Source: Girardia tigrina
Taxonomy: Eukaryota
NCBI GenBank assembly: GCA_001938485.1
Contig: MQRK01233198.1
Span: 26,139 to 77,612 of the forward strand
Direction: 5' to 3'
Length of the DNA: 51,474 nucleotides
Shown here in pieces: positions 25,966-38,255 of this stretch. The position numbers were made by a program, and so were the translations under genes. Under the pieces are notes generated by a model. The model saw only the letters and a program-made list of their open reading frames with translations. It ran no database searches and was not told the DNA's origin. Every line of letters starts with the position of its first letter. Position 1 is the stretch's first letter.

Positions 25966-26024
25966 TTGTTGTTAATTCAGCCTGAAGATGGTGGAAAATC
26001 CACCGAAATATATTGCGACAATAA
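25966..26024 (+). ncRNA. Minimal type-I hammerhead ribozyme motif (Penelope pLTR)
   Basis: CUGAAGA-U-[GGUGG AAAAU CCACC]-GAAA-UAUA-UU: conserved core, 5-bp stem II, 1-bp stem III with a palindromic UAUA loop, and stem I GC/GC plus UUGUUGUU/GACAAUAA. TATATATAA lies upstream and AATAAA overlaps the 3' end. Confidence 0.75.
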
Positions 26025-28179
26025 AATTTGATTTTAATGGCGTTCTTGAATATATATATTATATATGAGTTTGTGTAAAATGAATTATTTGCTATTATAA
26101 TTTATGAAGTCAAAAATATTTTAATTTAATTAATACATTACGTGATGGTAAAACCGTTACATTCATAATATAAATTTTAAATTGCAAAAACACTTTTGTT
26201 TCGAATAACAATGAAAAAAGTATAATTGTATTAATATAGATATAACTTTTTTAAAAAAATATCATATTTAAAATTTTTATAAAACTAAAGCAAATAAATC
26301 GAAACATTCGTTCTACAAACGGATCGGTTATATGGTAAATTATTATTCATTATTTTTTGTTAGATTTTGAGTTCATAGTTTAAACATATTTATTATCATT
26401 TTAAAACGATTATGTTACTATAACATATTGTGTATATTATAAATCGATAAATAGTAATAAAATGTTACTTTCAAAGATCAACAGAATGAATATAACTGTG
26501 TTATGAAACATATACGTATAAATAATAAGTTATTAATTTCTGAGAATGATCTTTTTCTATATCTTTGTTATTTAACCTCTTCTAATTGCTCTGGGAATTG
26601 AAATAATATTCTTTACGTGATTTTCATACATTTGTGTATTATTTTTTTAACGTTCCTAGAGAGTAAATAAACACCTCATATTTGAATTCGTTTTTAACAC
26701 TCTTCGTTCCGCTTCAGAATCGAATGATCCACATCAAACTTTCTTTTAGACCGCTGAACATTTTGGCTCTAAAACACTCAACATGATAAGATACTTCCTG
26801 CTATCATGCGTTGGTATGTTAGCATAAAATGTAGTGTAATAGTGAGACTTTGAGTCACTTTGAAGCGTGGACCCACGCAACGCAGTGACAATGGTTTATA
26901 TACTTTATAAGAATGTCATCATTAAACGTCTCTATTAGGAAAAATTTAAAGAAAATTTTTCAGTCATTATTTAAATTTTTATATGTTAAATTTTTGATGT
27001 TAAATAATATGTTATAATTCATCAAGTTTAGTAAGAAAGCCTGATAAAATACTTATATTAAAATATTTTTAAAACGGTTAAGGCCTATGTAAAAAGCTAA
27101 ACAACTAACCCTTAGTGATCTCAATTATGGGTTCATATTAGTTAACATGTCCAGGTCTTTAAATTTTAATATCTCGTTTAATTTGAGTCATTATACTGAA
27201 ATCCTTAAATCAATCTATTATATCAGCATACAACATCCTTTAATTTTGAGCTTAAAGTTTCAAAAAAGATTTCATCTAACATATAAACCAGTACGGAAAC
27301 CGTTAAAAATATTTCTCAAATTTTGTTTAATACAGTTATTGTTTCTATTTTACGTTGCATTTTGTACGCTAAAGTTTCATTTTGATAAGAATTAGCTTTG
27401 TAATTTTTAAATTCATATAAAATATATTTTATGTAACTAGAATGGCTTTTGTGCGACACGGGCCACCGGTGTCCCCCGCTGTTTGGATGATGTGTCACGC
27501 TTATTCTGCACAGTGTGGACGCGTTAAAATGTTTAGTACATTACTTAACGTGAAAGTTCTGTTATAAGTAAAAACAATAAACGTTTTCTATTTTTTTAAC
27601 AGATAGTGGTCTAAATTTATTTGCAATATTTTAAATTCAATTTCTGATTTAAATTAAATCAAAATAGAAATTAAAATTAAATAAATAGTAAATTCTTAAA
27701 ATCATTAAGATAATGTCTTAGAAAAATAAATTTTATTTAAATCTATTAACTATAAAATCATTATTAAAAATAATATTAAATTATAAATTGATTAAATTTA
27801 AAAAAATAAAATTTTAAACTAAGAAAAATATTTTTATATTTCATTCTAAATTTAGTGAAAAATAATTAAAAATTATTCCTTAATTTGAAACATAAATCAA
27901 TATGAAAATACAAATAAATTATAATTTCATATAACGTGTTTCAGTTTTGTTTTAATTTGTCATTTTTGTTCTCACGGAAAAATAAAGATTAAAAAAGTAA
28001 AAAAAATATTATTAATAAAAATAATTTTTCAAACAGATCAAATTGAATTATAATGTATTATATTACCATTTTATTTATTGATTTAATATTATAATAATTA
28101 TAAAATAATTTCAACTTAAATTCTTTCATCAACAAAAATTTAGTTAATATTATTAATAATTGTTTTTATTAAATCATAG

Positions 28180-28527
28180 AATTCTGATGTTCAAAAATTC
28201 CAATCAAATGAAATCGAATTAAATAACAAAGATATAAAAACCGAAAATATAGTCGATTCTGTTATTGATAATAGTAAACCCTCATCGAATGTCTTATTAA
28301 CATCGAGTCCATACAATGATAATTGCGTAACACCAAAATCATCAGCCCAAGGAAACCTAACTTGCCATGCTTTAAGGTTTGGTCCTGGTCAAGATTTAAA
28401 GGCGGGTTTATTGGAATATGTGAAAAAGAAAAAGATTAGTGCAGCATTCATCATGACTTGTTGCGGTAGTCTTAATCAAGCAAAACTTCGAATGGCTGAT
28501 TCAGGAATGTCCAATTCGCCGTTAGAG
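28180..28527 (+). CDS. ZnF-PPC gene, exon 4 (linker plus N-half of PPC/DUF296)
   Basis: CATAG| acceptor and GAG|GTAATA donor, 348 nt open. Encodes HALRFGPGQDLKAGLLEYVKKKKISAAFIMTCCGSLNQAKLRMA. Absent from the ORF track because it has no early start codon. Confidence 0.92.
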
Positions 28528-28629
28528 GTAATACTTACTTTCAGATGTTTTTATTAAGCAATTTCAATTTTCATAAATTTATTACTAATATAACTATGTA
28601 TCAATGTTATATTCTATATACAACTACAG

Positions 28630-28881
28630 ATAAAAAAGTTCACCAAGCATTTTGAAATCGTTTCACTGGTTGGATCGGTGTTTGATCACGACTGTCACCT
28701 TCATATATCCCTGTCAGACAGTAATGGCAATGTTATTGGAGGTCATGTCATTGGTGACCTAATAATACATACGACTGCTGAAGTGATGATCGGACAAATT
28801 TGTGGAGTACAAATGTGTAGAGAACCTGACGAGAATACTGGATATTCCGAATTATCATTCTCAACAACAGATATTATTTAA
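28630..28881 (+). CDS. ZnF-PPC gene, last exon (C-half of PPC/DUF296)
   Basis: Follows a 102-nt GT-AG intron. Encodes FEIVSLVGSV...HLHISLSDSNGNVIGGHV...HTTAEV...REPDENTGYSEL and ends at TAA. AATAAA at 29047-29052. Confidence 0.95.
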   Translation: MKKFTKHFEIVSLVGSVFDHDCHLHISLSDSNGNVIGGHVIGDLIIHTTAEVMIGQICGVQMCREPDENTGYSELSFSTTDII

Positions 28882-29415
28882 ATATAGAAAAAAACAATTA
28901 ACTTTATCTCTTTATTCTCTCTTTATCGTCGTTGCCTTGGTCCGATTTGGACCCTCCATCAATTGTACAAAGTCAATGATTTTTATTCCTTTTTAATTAT
29001 GCTACATGAGAGCAGCATCTGTAGTTACAGTGATATATTTATCTATAATAAAATACTAACAGTTTTATTGATAAAATTAAATTTCGTTTTTTTATTCATT
29101 TTAAATTTAAATAATACAATTATTTGAACCGATCGTCATTTGAAAGATTCTGTTTTGATTGTTACTTCATTATTTATTTTTGATTTATTTTTCCATCTAA
29201 CTATTTTAAAAAAATGTATAACTTAAAAACCTTATGAAAATAACTAATTTTGCAATAAAAATTAATAAAACGAATATCAAAGCAAATCAAAAGAAATTGA
29301 AATGAAAATTATAATTTATATATCTTAATTCTTTAAATAAATATCAATAAATTAATGTATATACACTTGAAATTTGTTTCACCATTCTGTAGGTCTACAG
29401 AATATTACAAAGCTC

Positions 29416-30658
29416 TTGGGTTGTTCGGAAAGTCATTTTGTTTTTTTGTATTAAAGTAAAAGACAAATTTTTATGACGAATAAATATTTTATTGAAATAC
29501 ATATTGACCATTGTGGTTCAATACCTTCTTCCATCTTCCTGGCAGTGACATGATTCCACGTTCATAAAATATTTGTTCTTTGCTGCTAAAAAAACTTTTC
29601 TAGGTGATTTTTAACATTTTCATTTGATCCAAAAGTGTTACCATCTAAATAATTTTGTAGAGACCGGAAAAATGATAATCAGAAGGTGCGAGGTCTGGAG
29701 AATATGGTGGGTGAGGCATGATGTTCCATTCAAGCTGTAAAAACTTTTGGCTAGTTACCAAACTTGTATGAGGTTACCTTGGTGAAACACTACACCTTTT
29801 CTATTGATCAATTCTGGCCTTTTGTGTTTAAGGGATTCATTTAATTTGTCCAGCTGATGACAGTAGACGTCCGAATTGATCGTAGTTTTGTCTGGAAGAA
29901 GCTCATAAAATACGATTCCTTTCAAATCCCACTAAACATATAGCATCACTTTTTTTTGATGAATGTCAGCTTTCGAAGTACTTTGAGCAGGTTGATCTTT
30001 TTTACTCCAAGATCTCTTGCGTTTTAGATTATTGTAGACTACTCATTTCTCATCTCCAGTGACGATGCGCTTCAAAAATGGATCATTTTCTTGACTTTTG
30101 AGAAGCATATTGCAGATGTCTAAACGACAGCATAAATTTCGTTTGGTAAGATTATGAGGAATCTATGTGTTGAGTTTTGATGTAAAACCTAGGCGCTTCA
30201 AATGATCATGGACGGTCGATTTAGATAAATGTAATGTCTGGGCAATTTCGCGAGTTGTTATTCGTCGGTTTGAATCAATTAATGCCTTTATTATGTCTTC
30301 GTCGGCCTCAATGGGCCTTCCGAATGCGAAGAATCTTCAACATCAAAATTTCCGGATCTAAATTTTTTAAACCAGTTTTGGCATTGGCATTCTGTCAAAA
30401 CATCTTCTCCATACACTTCGTATAATTTTCTTCTTGCTTGTACAGCATTTTTACCTTTGCGGAAGTAAAAAAGTAATACATACCGTAAATGCTGATTCTC
30501 GCTTTCCATCTTAGATAGGTCAAAAATTAAATATAAATGTTTTTAATTATTCCAAAATTTTCCAAATCTAACCTTCATTACCAACTGCTAAAATAAATAA
30601 TATAGTCAATTAATGATTATTAATGATTATTAATATAAAGACTTTTCGAACAACCCAA
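29416..30658 (-). mobile_element. Full-length decayed mariner, mellifera-subfamily-like
   Basis: TIRs TTGGGTTGTTCG(G/A)AAAGTC, 18/19 match, with TA on the right. MESENQHLRYVLLFYFRKGKNAVQARRKLYEVYG begins at 30509 and PHPPYSPDLAPSDYHFFRSLQNYLDG lies near 29640-29720. Frameshifts and stops present. Confidence 0.93.
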
Positions 30659-30716
30659 TATTTAACTTTCCGTTTGAAGATCCCGGGATAGTGTAATACT
30701 TTTGGTCTTCAACATA

Positions 30717-30754
<38 letters not shown>

Positions 30755-33700
30755 CTTATCATTAAATTTTTTTCTATTATGTTTTGATATTGGATAAATA
30801 ATATTTAAGTAGAAAAATATCGAATCAATTTAATTTTAAACTTGAAAAAACCTTCCAGGTAAAAGGTTTTTGAAATCATTTTGTGTTTTTTTTCTTCATA
30901 TAATTTTGGTTGTAGACAAAAGTTAAAGTAACGGTACTATTTTATTATTAATACGCGGTGTATCGATAAAATATGATTCACTTTTAATGTTAAATTGAGA
31001 ATAATTAATGAATCAATGAAAGCAAAAATAAAAAAAACAATTGATATTAATAATCCATAAATTTAATTTTCAAATTACTTTTGACCATAAAATATTGCAT
31101 TAAATTTTACGAAAAGAAAAGGAAAATTTTCAAGATACCCGTACTTGAATAATGTGAATTGTTCATGGTAAGAATTTCCCAATTGAATAGTCAATTGTTA
31201 GAAAGATAAAGAATAATTAATCTGATATTTTCTATTGTCCGGGTATTAATTCTTCTATTCTCTATTTTTGAAAATAAAGAAAAAAACTACAAATTTTATC
31301 GTTTTTTTCAAAAATTTATTTTGCAATTACCATTGAAATTTTAATAATCATAAAAATTACCCGATTAAAATGTATACCATACTTTCAAATTGATTATTTT
31401 TTTTTGATAGAAGAAAAAGAAAAAGTCAAAATAAATAAAAAAATGTCTTTATCTTTTTTTCGAAGAATTCACAAATGAATTGAGAATAATAAAATATAAT
31501 TAAATATTATTTTATGTAACATAAATTTTTTTTGACAATTTTTTTATTTCAATATAGAATTTAATCAATAAATAATTTTATTAACAAAATATATATTTTG
31601 TTTAAATCAACAAATATTAACTCTCTCTATATAGTTCGAATGGCGTAGTTATTCACATGTGTTTATTAAACATATGTTTACTTAAATGCTTTTGATTTTT
31701 AAACGGAAATTTACATAATTTTTTCAAACTCCTTGATCTTTGAGATTTATATTGATATTTGAAAGAAAATAATTTATTTTTAAAAAATAATTATGTAATA
31801 TTACTTTTATTTTACATTATAAATGAAACGAAAACTATTAAAATATAAATAATTACATTAATTTAATTATAATTTACACCTTTTTTTTGTTCAAATAGTT
31901 AATATTTTAATATTACGCAATAATATTTTTGATGAATAATTGTAACTAATAAATAATAGGAAAATTATAAAAATATAAATAAATAAAATAAATTAATACA
32001 TAATTTACATATTTTTTTGTTAAAAATAATTCAAAATAATTTAATTGACATTCATCAAATTAGCAAACAAAAAAAGTCACATTCGAAATAATTAACAAAT
32101 AAACTCTATTTTCTGAAAATATTTTTTTTATTCTCCAATGGTCGTATAAAAAATTAATCTATTAGTCTTAAAATAATTAGAATATCCATAAAAAAAAACA
32201 AAATATAAAATTCAAAAAAAAGAAACAAATTTTCCGATTTAGACAAAAAAAACCGAAAAATATGAAATAAAAAATAAAAATTGGAAATATAAACTAAAAC
32301 TTAATTAAGGGAAATTTTGTTTCTAATTGAAAATAGAAAACCCATAAAAATGTACTATTATAATTATTATATTTGAAAATCGAAAATTTAATGCCACTTA
32401 AAACATTGATTAATAATTTACCTCACAAACTATAGATTATTAAAACAATAGAAAAATAGATTCATTAGGTCTCTCTGTCGACACGTAAAAAGAATCGATT
32501 GTCATTAACTAATATTGTTTATGCTAAAAATTTTAGCTGATTACCATAGAGTATGCTAAATTTACATTTCATTAACTGCTAGACAGACTGGCGCGTACCC
32601 TGCCTTATATAATACTGGTTTAACTACTCTCTATTTATCAGTAACTAGTTTATTCTAGATGAAAATATAATTTTAACATCATAAATTATATTTTTAAAAA
32701 TCATTGGAAAATTAGTTTTAGGTTTAAAAAATAACAAAAAATCAACGAAAAATGATTTATTTTATTTATATTTTATAAAAATATATAATAAAGTTTTTGG
32801 GTTATTTGATATTTTTATATTAATTTTTATATTGAAAAAAAATTATATTTTTTGTTGTTTTTTTTGAAAAAAACCAAAATTAGTTCAATTTCTGTTTCTA
32901 AAATAAATAAAATTAGAGATGAAAAATTATAATTTTTTTTATATTACTTATTTTATTTTTTTCAATAGTTGATTGTTTTTAAATAAAAAATTGTTGGTAT
33001 GTTTTTTTTTAATTAAAAGTTATTTTGTTGTTATAATTAGATTTTTTTTATATATTTAATATATTTCATTATTTGAATATTATTTTTTTATCAATGAGTT
33101 TTTTTTATTTTTTTTCTGTTGTTTTTATGTAAAAAACGTAACATTAGAAAATGTTAATTTTTAATTTTATTTATATTTTTATTCTGGTGACTCATCAATT
33201 CGTTAAAACAATTGACAAGAAATAAATATCTTTTTTTTGTAAATTTATTATTTCTTTTTTACATTTATATTTCGGATAAAAGTTAATCGGATAAGACAGA
33301 GACAGAAAAAAAAACAAAATCCTTCATTTTTAATTATATTTTGTTTATACGTTAATCAAAATTAGGTTGGTTATATAAATATATACGTATATAATTTTGA
33401 ATAATTAACTTGTTATATCAAGAAACTAAATAAAAAGTTTTTGTAAATAAAAAAATATAATTTATCTGTAATATTAAAAATAATTAATTTGTTTTCTTGA
33501 AAATAAACATTTTATTTTTTTTATTTAAATTTTTTGAATATATTGATAATGAAAAGTGTTTTTTTTTTAAATTGAAAGTTTTAAATATTAAAATCGAAAT
33601 ATATCTAAAGTTGAATCTAAATGAACAATAGAAAATGAAAGCTTAGAAAATGTTTATGAATTATTAAATTCTATTTATAATTTAATATGTATTAATTTTT

Positions 33701-34294
33701 TTTCGATTTTAATAATAATATAATTGTGTTTTTTAATTTCTGTTTTGGAAATTTTGTTAATTTAAATTGTTATATTTTTCTTTTTATAAAATTGTGAACT
33801 TTAGAATTTAGGATTTTAGTTTCGGTTTTAAAATTGACGATTTTCGTAATTTAAGTGTTCCATATTTTAATATGCATCGCGTTAAAATTTATTTTGGTAC
33901 TTAAAGACTCAAGAAAATTAAAGAAAAACAAAATTCTAGTTTTTTTAATTTTAAATTTCCTGACACAGAAAACTTTTTTGAGGAGGTTGTAGTAGTAGGA
34001 TGAAAGGTTTATGCATCTAAACCAGTTTTGGATTAACAGCATCATTCCATATTTTATTAATAAGTGTTCCCATTAAATAAAAAAATGTAATATATGACTG
34101 GAAAAAAATTATTTATGCCTTCTTTTTAATAAAAAATATTATTTTTATTTAAATTTATTAAAATTGTTAAATGACGAATACTGTTATTATTTCATATGTA
34201 GTTTGATGTTGACCACATAAATATTGTTATTTCATTGTAGATTGGGTTCTTTTAGTTTTGTCTTCTTTTTCGATGTTTGCTTCTTTATTTAGAT

Positions 34295-34958
34295 TAGGGG
34301 TGACCAACTTAAATGATCTTACGGTCCACATAGGAAAAGTATCATAACTCTGTTGGCCGCATTTAAAATTATATATCATTTTATAAAATTTTAACCCACT
34401 ATATAATGAAACATAATAAGTTATTATTATTGTGGTTACTAATATTCCTACACATTTACTTAGATAATATTATAATAATGATAATAAGCAAACATTGTAA
34501 AGAAATATATAAATATAAATAAAATAAAAAAATGAAATCAATCTAACATTTATTTTACTTGTGCGATATTTGTGGCTCAATTATTCCACTTAACTCTTGC
34601 AAATCAATTTCTATTTGGGCATTCGCACATCGTAATTATGCATTGATGTTAGCGTCTATTATGTTTGACCATGTTTCGTGTTTAGTCATTTTCATTTTCG
34701 AAAAATTCGTAGGTGTAAGTTAAACCAAAGGAGCTAACAACTTATTGCGCCAGATTTCTTCAAATTCGAAATTTTCTCTTTTGTGACGTAAGTATTATAA
34801 AAATCTATTTTTGATTTTGAAGTTTCGAAAATGTGTTTTAATACAATATATCATTGTAAGTCAATCACGTTTTTGTAAAGGTGCGCTAAATGTCGCTGGC
34901 CGCAAAATGTTTTAAGCGGGCCACATGCGGCATGGGGGTCGTGGATTGGCCACCCCTG
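34295..34958. mobile_element. Non-autonomous hAT (Charlie-like) element, 664 bp
   Basis: TIRs TAGGGGTGACCAA / rc CAGGGGTGGCCAA, a perfect 8-bp TSD ATTTAGAT (34287-34294 and 34959-34966), and GC-rich subterminal GGCCGC/GGGCC motifs. Confidence 0.92.
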
Positions 34959-36006
34959 ATTTAGATTATTTTACATTTTATGAACCTAAAACATGTTTCC
35001 TTTCTGTAGTTCAGAAATTTGAAATTAAATCATTGTTATCATTATTTCATAGAATTAATAACATTATTATTTTTTATAAAGTTATTAGATTTAAGTAATT
35101 TCACATTCCTAAAGACATTAAGAGAGGTTTCAGGACGTGCTTTTTTCTTTTTGGATTTTTCTTTTTTTCTTTTAGCAATGTTTTTAATACTACATTTTCA
35201 AAGTGTCTAGAAGATTATCGGTGTTTATTTTTATTTCCTGTGCCCATGTCGCAATTTTTAAATCATTAAAAATCACTATTTGCAGGTTTTTTCTCAAATT
35301 TTACCTATCCAAAGGAAATTTTCTCAAATAAGCTCTTTTGGTTGTATTTAAGTGTATTTTCAAGATATAATAATACTAAAAATCAATAAATAAATATTAA
35401 TTTATCATTAATTTTAAATGCAAGTTAAACGAAAGATAAAGACACGTTTATTTGCAAAATAAAATGAAGTTTTTTATTCCGTAAGCATGGATCTGGTAAA
35501 GCTAACTCAAAACATTCTAAATATCAATTTGTACTATCAATTTTAAAAGAATTTCGACAGAGTTACATTATTTGGAATTAGTATTTTTATATTTTACCTG
35601 TTGGATTAAATTGTCAGATGTACTTTATAATAGTATGGAAACTTCATTTGAATTTTATTAAAAGATCTGTGTTCGACAGACGACGATATAGGTTTACTTA
35701 TCTGTCCATCAAGACCCTTTCTACAGAAAAATTGTAATAAAATTTTAAATATTAATGTAATATCTGACAAAAATGTATAACACATATTTACTGTTCATTA
35801 TCTAGACAGACCACGACTAGTGTAAAAATATCTTAGAGCTAATCATAAGTTTAACTAATCCTCTAAATAGTTAAAAGTGTTTGGACATTTATAATTTTGT
35901 AAACTTGTTTCAAAGACGTTTTGAAGAATACAAGTTAACTTTCTTCCTTTTGATGACTCGTACATAAGTGAATAATAAAAAAGATAAAACATTACGTATT
36001 TTATTA

Positions 36007-36220
36007 CAATAAAACCTCTCTATAAAGTTCCATCTTTATAAGATTTAATTTTCTATAAGGAACAATATTTTTAATCTATATATAAGCTATATACATAAAT
36101 GTAATGAAATGGCATTCCCGGTAACTGGAAAGTTGATTAAAGCAACAGTGTTGAAATATTCTACCTATAGAGAGGTAGTTTTTTCGGTCCTAAATAACTC
36201 ATTATAGAGAGGTTTTATTG
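36007..36220. mobile_element. pogo/Tigger-like MITE (214 bp)
   Basis: Perfect 19-bp TIRs CAATAAAACCTCTCTATAA with TA on both sides. Confidence 0.88.
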
Positions 36221-37609
36221 TATAACCAAATAAGTCATAAATTTTATAATAATTGTCTTTTAAATTAGCTACATTGAAAAAGACAAGCGGTTTTGATCTA
36301 ATAACTAAAACTTAAAAAGTAATCTTTTGACGGGAAGTCTTTCTAAGGTTTTCTTTGATGGGAAAGTGCTTTGTAAATGTTAAAATACTCAAGAAATATT
36401 TTTTAATATTTGCTGGATTGTTCAATTTTAATTATTTTATTACCATATTAAATAAAGCATTATCATCCTTATCTATTAAAAATGAAAGAAAAACCATTTA
36501 TTTTAACCATTATTTTAACGTGGTAATCGACAATAAAAATTTTATGATATCATTGGGATCAAAAATTGTTCTCTTAGACACAATTAAATCAAATACAATA
36601 TTTTTAAAGAAAATTTCGCCTTTATAGACAATATTTTTTTACTTTTAATTAATTTTTGTTTCAGTGATCTTAGTTATTTTTCAAGCTACTCATTTCTTTT
36701 AAATTTTGTGTTAGCTATGACTGAGTAAATATGACTCCCATGATTATCAATCCAAGAAACAGTACCTGGAAAAAATATATAAAATATATAAAAATTAAAT
36801 GATTTATAGTCAATTATGAATGGCTACAAGACACTTCTTTCAATGATATTTATTCTTAAATCAAGTTTGTCTCTATCCATTATTTAATTTCTAAACAGTA
36901 TGATATTCTTCTTTTTGAAATTAAAAATTAAGATAATAATTCTTCATCAATAGATTCAACAAACCAGACAAATTATTTTGCCAAATCAAAAGATTTTACT
37001 ATACGACAATTTAATATTCAATTAAAGAAGCAATTACAGAAGACCAACGAGTTTATCAACATTTGTTTAAAGTGTGGCATTTAACACATAAATTTAGTCA
37101 CCAATTTGTTATAATCTAAAATTGCAAAATGCCGCCCATCTGTGATTTTATACCCATTCTAACGGAATCAGCTTACTGAACTACAGAAAACAACTGAAAT
37201 TCTTAAAAAATTTGCATTAAAACTTGTTTAATTCCTTCTTTGATTATCCAAATGATACTCATTTTCTTGACAATACACAAAACTTTCTCTGACTATGACA
37301 GATTTACCCGGTTGTTTCTTGATAAATATACGAGGACCACTTTAATAAATAATTACTAAAGGCATATGTTTTCCAAGCGATCTGTTTCTACTTACTGGTG
37401 GTTAAAATTCAGGTAGAATTATTTATCTTATATTCAAAGAAATATCCGGCAATATAAATAATATAAATATAAAGCAATATAAATTTTATTAATATAATTA
37501 AATACTTAACCAACATTTTAAACACAAAAAAATTATAAAGCCAATTTTAAAATATCAAAACACATTATGGAAATTTGTAATTTAAAATTAAAATACATAT
37601 GAGAATCAA

Positions 37610-38255
37610 AAACACCATTCAAAAAACTAAATTTTATTGTCAAAATATATTTCTGTAGATTTTCCACAATCTTCAGGCTTAATTAACAACAATGTTGCTA
37701 TCAAATTGATGATTATTTAAACACCTTTTGTAATAACTAATTAATATTTTCAACAAATTTGAAGAGAGACTTGTTTGGACATTAATGAATAGATTAAGCG
37801 ATTAAATCAAAAATGCCTCACACATAACTCTATCCAAATAATTTTTAAAATTACTACACAATATTTTAATATTAGTTGTTTTCACATCCGAACTACAAAC
37901 TTTAAAATGTACAGCAATAAAAGAAGCCGTTTCAATGTATGTGGCGTTGCACCCATTACATGAAAATTTATGAATCAGATTAGAACATAACTCAAAGGAG
38001 TATGAGATTTATTACTGAACATACTTTGAATTTTGTAAGATTTAGAAATGATTTTTAAATTCAAATTTTTATTATCAATTGATATTTAAAACAGACAATT
38101 TAATTTTTTATAACCTTCTGAATAAGGAACGATTAGCCTATAATCAATATCAGAATCTCCTTTAGATACTTTATCGGGTTGTAATTCATCTTTAATCTCA
38201 TGCTCTAAATTCATTAATTTATCTCTTGTCTCATTAGTTAGTTTAGAATAGCCAA
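37610..38255 (-). mobile_element. Older Penelope-like fragment of the same family as 24832-25600
   Basis: Colinear with 24870-25600 (linker, GIY-YIG with an internal deletion, pLTR tail). Includes a degenerate hammerhead at 37634-37692. Confidence 0.9.

Larger units (their letters stand above)
24832..26054. mobile_element. 5'-truncated Penelope-like element with an inverted 3' segment (fold-back), next to (TA)n
   Basis: Minus strand 25600 to 25014 encodes a linker plus GIY-YIG endonuclease (VYEFSCNGCNATYIGETSRHLCKR...ETFLIKSLNPFIN), followed by a pLTR-like tail. Bases 25602-26054 repeat the GIY-YIG and tail on the + strand. Arms about 450 bp, spacer about 280 bp. Confidence 0.92.

Noticed and set aside
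28180-28881. Bacterial contamination or recent HGT of DUF296; GlmU annotation
   Set aside because: It has a spliceosomal intron and host-like AT-rich codons. No GlmU catalytic domains are present, only PPC.
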